Assembly: GCA_964441155.1 (NCBI GenBank)
Contig: CAYYKL010000005.1
Location: forward strand, 4,434 to 68,433
Reading direction: 5' to 3'
Length of the DNA stretch: 64,000 nt
Origin: an uncultured Pseudomonadales bacterium
Lineage (GTDB): Bacteria; Patescibacteriota; Microgenomatia; UBA1400; RBG-16-45-19
Shown here: positions 58,887 to 64,000 of the stretch, one piece after another
Numbering within the stretch: the first letter of the stretch is position 1
Layout: the number at the start of each line of letters is the position of its first letter
Program-made: the position numbers and the translations under genes
The notes under the pieces: generated by a model
Database searches by the model: none
Told to the model about the DNA's origin: nothing
What the model saw: the letters and a program-made list of their open reading frames with translations, nothing else

Positions 58887-59594
58887 ATGGGTTCATCTAA
58901 AATAAAAACAGTCGATATGTCAATCGAACCAGGCAGTGAAGGTCATGGTGAGCAAGCTGAAAAAGCAACCAAAAAGGAAAAAGTGGCTCAAGGCCGATCT
59001 AATACTTACAAAACCGTTAAAGGCTTAGTTGATCGCACCAAAACGCTTAAACTCCCTAAAGCCATCGAGTTATTGAAAAAAACCTCCTATACCAAGTTCG
59101 TGGGTACGGTCAGTGTTGATGCGCTAGTTCGTGACGAAAAACTCAATGTCGAAACAACGTTCCCCCACGCAACCGGCAAAACAACCCGCGTGGCTGTCGT
59201 CACTGAAGAGCTATTGGAATCGATCCTTAAGGGAACTATCGATTTTGATGTGTTAATTGCCACCCCTGCCATGATGCCTAAAGTTGCTCGTGCTGCAAAG
59301 GTGCTCGGGCCCAAAGGCCTCATGCCTAACCCCAAGAACAGAACGGTCACCGACGACGTGGAGAAGCGCAAAAAAGAACTCGAAGCGGGATCGGTCACAA
59401 TCAAGTCCGAGCGCAAAGCACCTCTCATCCATGTAACCATCGGTAAGATAAACCAGAGCGAAAAAGAATTGATTGCTAATATTGAACACCTAATCAAAGT
59501 GGTTGGACCCCGACAAATCAAAAAAATGACTATCTCGGCAACCATGAGCCCTGGGGTTAAAGTTGATTTGAGTGAGTATCAAGTAATAGTCTAA
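58887..59594 (+). CDS. rplA: 50S ribosomal protein L1 (internally shortened)
   Basis: FPHATGK, DFDVLIATP, LGPKGLMPNPK, TMSPGVK. Confidence 0.96.
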   Translation: MGSSKIKTVDMSIEPGSEGHGEQAEKATKKEKVAQGRSNTYKTVKGLVDRTKTLKLPKAIELLKKTSYTKFVGTVSVDALVRDEKLNVETTFPHATGKTTRVAVVTEELLESILKGTIDFDVLIATPAMMPKVARAAKVLGPKGLMPNPKNRTVTDDVEKRKKELEAGSVTIKSERKAPLIHVTIGKINQSEKELIANIEHLIKVVGPRQIKKMTISATMSPGVKVDLSEYQVIV

Positions 59595-59643
59595 TTTTTT
59601 AAGCCATTGTTGCATCGATACCCTTAAAGATAGAATAGACTCT

Positions 59644-60378
59644 ATGTCTGATACTATTTTTGGATCACTTGAATTTGTGTATCCCTATAAAGAAATCGAG
59701 TTTCCAGGGCAACATTCCGACGAAATCATTTTGTTTGCCACCCGTGAGGGCAAAATCATGCTCACCCTGCGTCAAATTGCCGTGGTGCTTGGCGCTGTCA
59801 TTTTAACCCTCATGAGCTATTTCATCGCGCATGAAGTCATTGCCCCATTTTCAAAATCCTTTGCTGCCAGCTTCGCCGCTGTTGCTATGGGCGTGAGTGT
59901 TGCCTTTGGCCTCATTGCCGTTTGGTGGGTGAGTATTTTATGGCGCAAATCAATTTTTATCATTACCACTCGCCGCCTCACCAAATTTATCCACACTACT
60001 CCCTGGAATCGCTACCAACTCTCTCTGTCCCTCGATAAAATCGTTGATACAGGAGCATATCAGAAGGGTTTTTTGCAATCATTGTTCAAGCTTGGCTACT
60101 TTGTCGCCCGTTCAAGTGCGGGCAACATCAAGAATTTTAAGATCTTAAATATTTCTTTTGCCGAGGATTTACATAACTACGTCAATAAATTGTTATTCAC
60201 CTTCAACAAAGATAAAGACGCACTGGTCAAATTCAGGCCGTTTATCCCCCATTTGAAAGGCGAAACCCGCGATGCATTCGTAGCCCAATTTACGCCCGAA
60301 TATGCCAAATATAAGCTGATTCCGGAAAAGGCTGCTTCAGTGACTGCGGTCGATTCGCACATCGATAGCAGTGAATAA
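59644..60378 (+). CDS. Membrane protein with bacterial PH-like domain
   Basis: FPGQHSDE, two TMs, IITTRRL..LDKIVD..LFKLG. Confidence 0.65.
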   Translation: MSDTIFGSLEFVYPYKEIEFPGQHSDEIILFATREGKIMLTLRQIAVVLGAVILTLMSYFIAHEVIAPFSKSFAASFAAVAMGVSVAFGLIAVWWVSILWRKSIFIITTRRLTKFIHTTPWNRYQLSLSLDKIVDTGAYQKGFLQSLFKLGYFVARSSAGNIKNFKILNISFAEDLHNYVNKLLFTFNKDKDALVKFRPFIPHLKGETRDAFVAQFTPEYAKYKLIPEKAASVTAVDSHIDSSE

Positions 60379-60450
60379 AGGTTGTTGCAAAACAGCTAAC
60401 CAAATCTTTCCTTTTTATAAAGACTTGCGTTTAGGCGCTCACTTCAAGGC

Positions 60451-60652
60451 AAAAAAATGGAGGTGAGGCACCACTAGTGGATGCGTCTCACCTCCCTAAA
60501 AAACTTCGATGTGACGTTGTGCACACGCCACTCCTCTAGTCCTTGATCCAGTCGGTCGGTCTGCTACAGCGCTGGGCCGTTTGTATAAGCTTTCACGCGT
60601 CCCGGGCACCACACCCGCTAGAGAACTAGAACCGCGACTTGTGATCGCAGCA
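60451..60652 (-). ncRNA. Unidentified GC-rich structured RNA candidate with its own promoter and terminator
   Basis: TTGACA-17-CATTAT, several stems, GGAGGTGAG..CTCACCTCC plus T7; no ORF in the ORF track. Confidence 0.45.
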
Positions 60653-60780
60653 CATTAATAATGAACGATAAAAAATTATCTGTCAATTGAGTTTTGTACC
60701 GAAATTCCCTTTGAAAATGGTTAGCATAAAAACGAGCTCCCATTGCAAATAATCAGGCTTCTTGGTATAGTACCCTTTGT

Positions 60781-60894
60781 TCCACAGACAGCAAGCACGC
60801 TAAGTAAGTCTTGCCGAGGATACTACATATTCCGCTTAAGCTTTAAAAGCTCGAGTAGTAAAGTTAGTAATCCTCGCCAAGTGCGAGGTTTTTT
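60781..60894 (+). promoter_or_regulatory. Ribosomal protein L10 leader with attenuator
   Basis: CAGACAGCAAG..CTAA..CTTGCCGAGG then CCTCG..CGAGG-T6, upstream of rplJ. Confidence 0.8.
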
Positions 60895-60964
60895 AATAAG
60901 TAGGCTATTGCCGCTTACATCAACATATATATTATCAACAGGTCTCTACTAGAAGGAAATCACT

Positions 60965-61510
60965 ATGCCAAACCTTAAAAATCAAACTCAAATTGCCGAC
61001 ATCAGCGAGAAACTCGCTAAAGCCAAAAATGCTGTCTTTACCAGTTATGCGGGCCTGAGTGTCGCCGATCAAGTGACTTTGCGCGCCAAAATTAAACTCG
61101 CCGGTGGCGAGCTGAATGTGGTCAAAAACACACTCGTGCGCCGAGCTCTGTCTGATCGATTGGAAACCGCCGAACAAGCAACGCTGGAACAAGCGCTTCA
61201 GGGCCCCACTGCCGTTGTCTATGGCTATGAAGACGTAGTAACTCCCACCAAAGCCTTGGTCGAATTCGCCAAAGAACACGAAGTCATGTCGATGAAATTG
61301 GGTGTTATGTTTAATGAATCAGGCAAAGCCGACTCAGTGCTCACCGCTGATCAAGTAGTTGCCCTCTCCAAATTGCCTGGCAAACAAGAGCTATTGGCGC
61401 AACTCGTTGGCCAATTGAATGCCCCCATCACTGGCTTTGTGAATGTATTGCAAGGCAATATTCGCAAGCTCGTGTATGTCTTGAAAGCAATTGAAGATAA
61501 AAAGAATTAA
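60965..61510 (+). CDS. rplJ: 50S ribosomal protein L10
   Basis: YAGLSV, VVKNTL, LQGPTA, LSKLP. Confidence 0.97.
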   Translation: MPNLKNQTQIADISEKLAKAKNAVFTSYAGLSVADQVTLRAKIKLAGGELNVVKNTLVRRALSDRLETAEQATLEQALQGPTAVVYGYEDVVTPTKALVEFAKEHEVMSMKLGVMFNESGKADSVLTADQVVALSKLPGKQELLAQLVGQLNAPITGFVNVLQGNIRKLVYVLKAIEDKKN

Positions 61511-61564
61511 ATAGTTTTTTTAGATGCTATGTGCAATTAGTAATTAAATAGTTAAGGGGATTTT

Positions 61565-61981
61565 ATGGCTGAAGATACAGCAACAAAAGGCACCGCAGCC
61601 TCCAAAGCGGTTCAATCAATTATTGATGCAGTTGAAAAACTGTCCGTGCTCGAATTGGCAGAATTGGTCAAAGCACTCGAAGAGAAATTCGGTGTTTCGG
61701 CTGCTGCTCCCATGATGATGGGTGCCGCTATGCCTGGTGCAGCTGCTGCTGAACCTGTTGAAGAAAAGACCGAATTCGATGTCGTCTTAACTTCTGCTGG
61801 CAGTAACAAAATTGCCGTCATCAAAGCAGTGCGCGAACTCAATCAATCATTAGGCTTAATTGAAGCCAAAAAAGTGGTTGAGTCTACTCCTCAAACGTTG
61901 ATGGAAGCTGCTAAAAAAGAAGATGCCGAAGCCGCCAAAAAGAAACTCGAAGAAGCTGGAGCGCAAGTCGAGCTCAAGTAA
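61565..61981 (+). CDS. rplL: 50S ribosomal protein L7/L12
   Basis: [44 protein letters not shown]. Confidence 0.98.
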   Translation: MAEDTATKGTAASKAVQSIIDAVEKLSVLELAELVKALEEKFGVSAAAPMMMGAAMPGAAAAEPVEEKTEFDVVLTSAGSNKIAVIKAVRELNQSLGLIEAKKVVESTPQTLMEAAKKEDAEAAKKKLEEAGAQVELK

Positions 61982-62077
61982 TTGAGCGAGATCCTCAACG
62001 CACTCATCTAATAATCCGTTGAGGATAAGAGCTTAAATAATTGAGCGAGAGCTCAAAAAATTGAATTTGAATCTAAT

Positions 62078-62115
62078 AAACCCCGTTTGGAAAGCAATTT
62101 CCAGGCGGGGTTTTT
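62078..62115. terminator. Bidirectional intrinsic terminator
   Basis: AAACCCCGTTTGGAAA..TTTCCAGGCGGGGTTTTT between convergent genes. Confidence 0.8.
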
Positions 62116-62117
62116 GA

Positions 62118-63233
62118 TTACCGTATCTGCAACACACCTGCCCGATCCATGCGCACAATTGGAGTCATGAAATCGCGTTCATGCGCGCGCCACAAAGCTT
62201 GCGAAAAGAGAGCGAGCTGATTCACTTCGACCGAATCACTGCCACAATCAACACAAAACCCTCGAGCAACAAAACCCTCAGGTGCTCTGCAATCTGCTGG
62301 TGAATACCGCTCACGAAGTGTGTCGAGGTGAGAAAATAGCGACTGCGTGAGGTATGACCGCAAGAATGCAGCATGCAGCCCTCTTGGCACAAAAGGCCGA
62401 AGGTTGTCATCTGACAAGTGCTTGCGCACTATTACTTTCATGATATCCTCATTGCCATACACCCCATTACCACTTGGACGCTCCAAACGCATCGCCACAC
62501 TCACATCAGCAATGGTAAACAGGAGGTGCGCGGCCCAATCTAGTGGGCCAAATGAGCGCACAGGCGCTTGAGTGAGCTCATGAGCAAAGGGAGTGAAATC
62601 GCTGTGGTGCAGTGCCGTTTGCAGTGACCAATAGTGGATCGATTGCCGCGAAACTTCAGGTGTTACTTGAACCAATGCTTGCAATGCCAGCGCTCCAAAT
62701 GCAGGATGAGCCCAGTGCAGGCCATTCTCTTCAGGTGGCCGATCGCGATAATTTGCAGGATACACCAATGCTCGCGACGCTTCAAAATCTCGACCCACCA
62801 GTGTTTTGCCATTGTCGTGCACAAAAGCAAAAGCCAATCGATCATTGAGAGCTGGCCACATTTGGTTCTGCTGCTTGGTGGGAAACAAGCGCACCCAATC
62901 TCGCCCCACCTTGAGGCTTAAATCCCCCACCAGTGCCATGTGCAAAAAGTTGGCCGGATCCGCCTTAGCCTGCCCCACCAAAAACGAATCTAGTTCTGGG
63001 AATGTTCCCAAAAACGGTGCAAACGAATCAGGCAACACCACAAACCCATCCTCGGCTTCGGGAACGACTACGTATTTTTTATCTGGATATAGCAGCGCAT
63101 GTGCTGCATTTGTGATTTCTGTCACAGGGCATTGTACACTGCTTTGTAAAAATTTTCCCAGGCTTTTTCGGCCAATGCAATGCATCATGAACCATCCGAT
63201 TCTTACGCTTCTTTTACCATAATGGCGTTGCAC
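62118..63233 (-). CDS. HD-domain protein (HD-GYP-like, divergent)
   Basis: LHM..VHDNGK..HPAFG..LHH..IADVSVAMRLERP; start uncertain. Confidence 0.7.
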   Translation of the reverse strand: MQRHYGKRSVRIGWFMMHCIGRKSLGKFLQSSVQCPVTEITNAAHALLYPDKKYVVVPEAEDGFVVLPDSFAPFLGTFPELDSFLVGQAKADPANFLHMALVGDLSLKVGRDWVRLFPTKQQNQMWPALNDRLAFAFVHDNGKTLVGRDFEASRALVYPANYRDRPPEENGLHWAHPAFGALALQALVQVTPEVSRQSIHYWSLQTALHHSDFTPFAHELTQAPVRSFGPLDWAAHLLFTIADVSVAMRLERPSGNGVYGNEDIMKVIVRKHLSDDNLRPFVPRGLHAAFLRSYLTQSLFSHLDTLRERYSPADCRAPEGFVARGFCVDCGSDSVEVNQLALFSQALWRAHERDFMTPIVRMDRAGVLQIR

Positions 63234-63312
63234 GAAAACTGGGTGGCGGGTAGATTGAGACCCGTGAGGAACCCAACATCATTTGAGATCCACACAAAAA
63301 GGAGGTGATTAC

Positions 63313-63945
63313 ATGAAACAATTTATTTCCAAATTAGCAGTTGCTTCAAGCATGTTCGCACTCACCGCGATGCCCGCATTCGCTGCCGCCTATTCCCTTG
63401 AACCCTGGACCTATGACCCAGATTCAACGGGCACGGTTGTGGCCGAATTGTCAGCAAGTGGTGAATTAACGCTTGAAAAAAACGCGCCCACTCCAACCAA
63501 TTCTGCAGCAGGAGCTGAGATTGCAGGAGTAGAAGGTCTTTCCACCACTGGAATGACGCTTTCCTACGACGTTGAGGGATATTGTGACGCGGGTGCACCT
63601 AGGTTTAATGTCTACCTCGAAGGAGGCACGACCGTATTCTTAGGGTGTGCTCATGGCAACGATGGATCAGGACACGTGACATTTGAAGCCGGCCAAACAT
63701 ACGGCGGTGTTCTGTTCCCTGAAAACGAAACCATCCTTGGCATCGATATTGTGATGGACGAAGAGGGTCAATCAACCTTGAGTAATATCCAGGTTGATGG
63801 CCAAGACGTAGTCGTCATTGCTCTTCCATCAGATAAAGAAGCCTGTAAACAAGGTGGTTGGATGAATTACACCGATTCCTCGGGTAATCCGTTCAAAAAC
63901 CAAGGTCAATGTGTCAGCTACATGGCCAAAATGCAGCACGATTAA
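63313..63945 (+). CDS. Secreted hypothetical protein
   Basis: AAAGGAGGTGA SD, signal peptide ending AFA, C-terminal CKQGGW..FKNQGQCVS module. Confidence 0.8.
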   Translation: MKQFISKLAVASSMFALTAMPAFAAAYSLEPWTYDPDSTGTVVAELSASGELTLEKNAPTPTNSAAGAEIAGVEGLSTTGMTLSYDVEGYCDAGAPRFNVYLEGGTTVFLGCAHGNDGSGHVTFEAGQTYGGVLFPENETILGIDIVMDEEGQSTLSNIQVDGQDVVVIALPSDKEACKQGGWMNYTDSSGNPFKNQGQCVSYMAKMQHD

Positions 63946-63971
63946 ACAATCAAGTGGTGCATGAAGCATTA

Positions 63972-64000
63972 ACCCCGTGCTTGAGGTCCAAGCAGGGGGT
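63972..64000 (+). terminator. Probable terminator hairpin (cut by the window edge)
   Basis: ACCCC.TGCTTG..CAAGCAGGGGGT. Confidence 0.55.

Noticed and set aside
60540-60590. ZTP (pfl) riboswitch, suggested by CCGACCGACTGG
   Set aside because: The 5' GACUGGCG..GGGAGC stem is absent and there is no downstream gene on that strand.

Overview
64 kb of a bacterial chromosome. It is most consistent with a Candidate Phyla Radiation (Patescibacteria, Microgenomates-like) organism; this is inferred from the short EF-Ts, internally deleted L1, dockerin-like surface proteins, four-helix-bundle gene and lack of rpoB after rplL. Housekeeping blocks are dnaX/ybeY/rpsU, proS, rseP-frr-tsf-rpsB, topA-dprA-mrdA-mreDCB, def-fmt-nadD, galU and secE-nusG...rplK-rplA...rplJ-rplL. 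They surround a ~22 kb nucleotide-metabolism region (10.1-32 kb) and a ~9 kb block of surface-protein genes between nusG and rplK. The most striking item is an operon in which an argininosuccinate synthase fused to a CarB-type MGS allosteric domain and an atypical cytosine-deaminase-family amidohydrolase stand directly upstream of pyrD-pyrE-upp-pyrF, where carAB/pyrB/pyrC would be expected. This suggests a candidate carbamoyl-phosphate-independent entry into pyrimidine synthesis (hypothesis only). Other candidates: an NDT + B12 radical SAM + NMP-kinase triplet, an HD/kinase cassette, an HNH + PRTase cassette, three families of small palindromic elements (one translated in frame inside pyrF, one flanking a four-helix-bundle gene with an ORF-less copy elsewhere), a likely 6S RNA and unidentified structured RNAs. 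No rRNA, tRNA, CRISPR array or transposase was seen. All assignments come from reading motifs by eye; no database searches were run.
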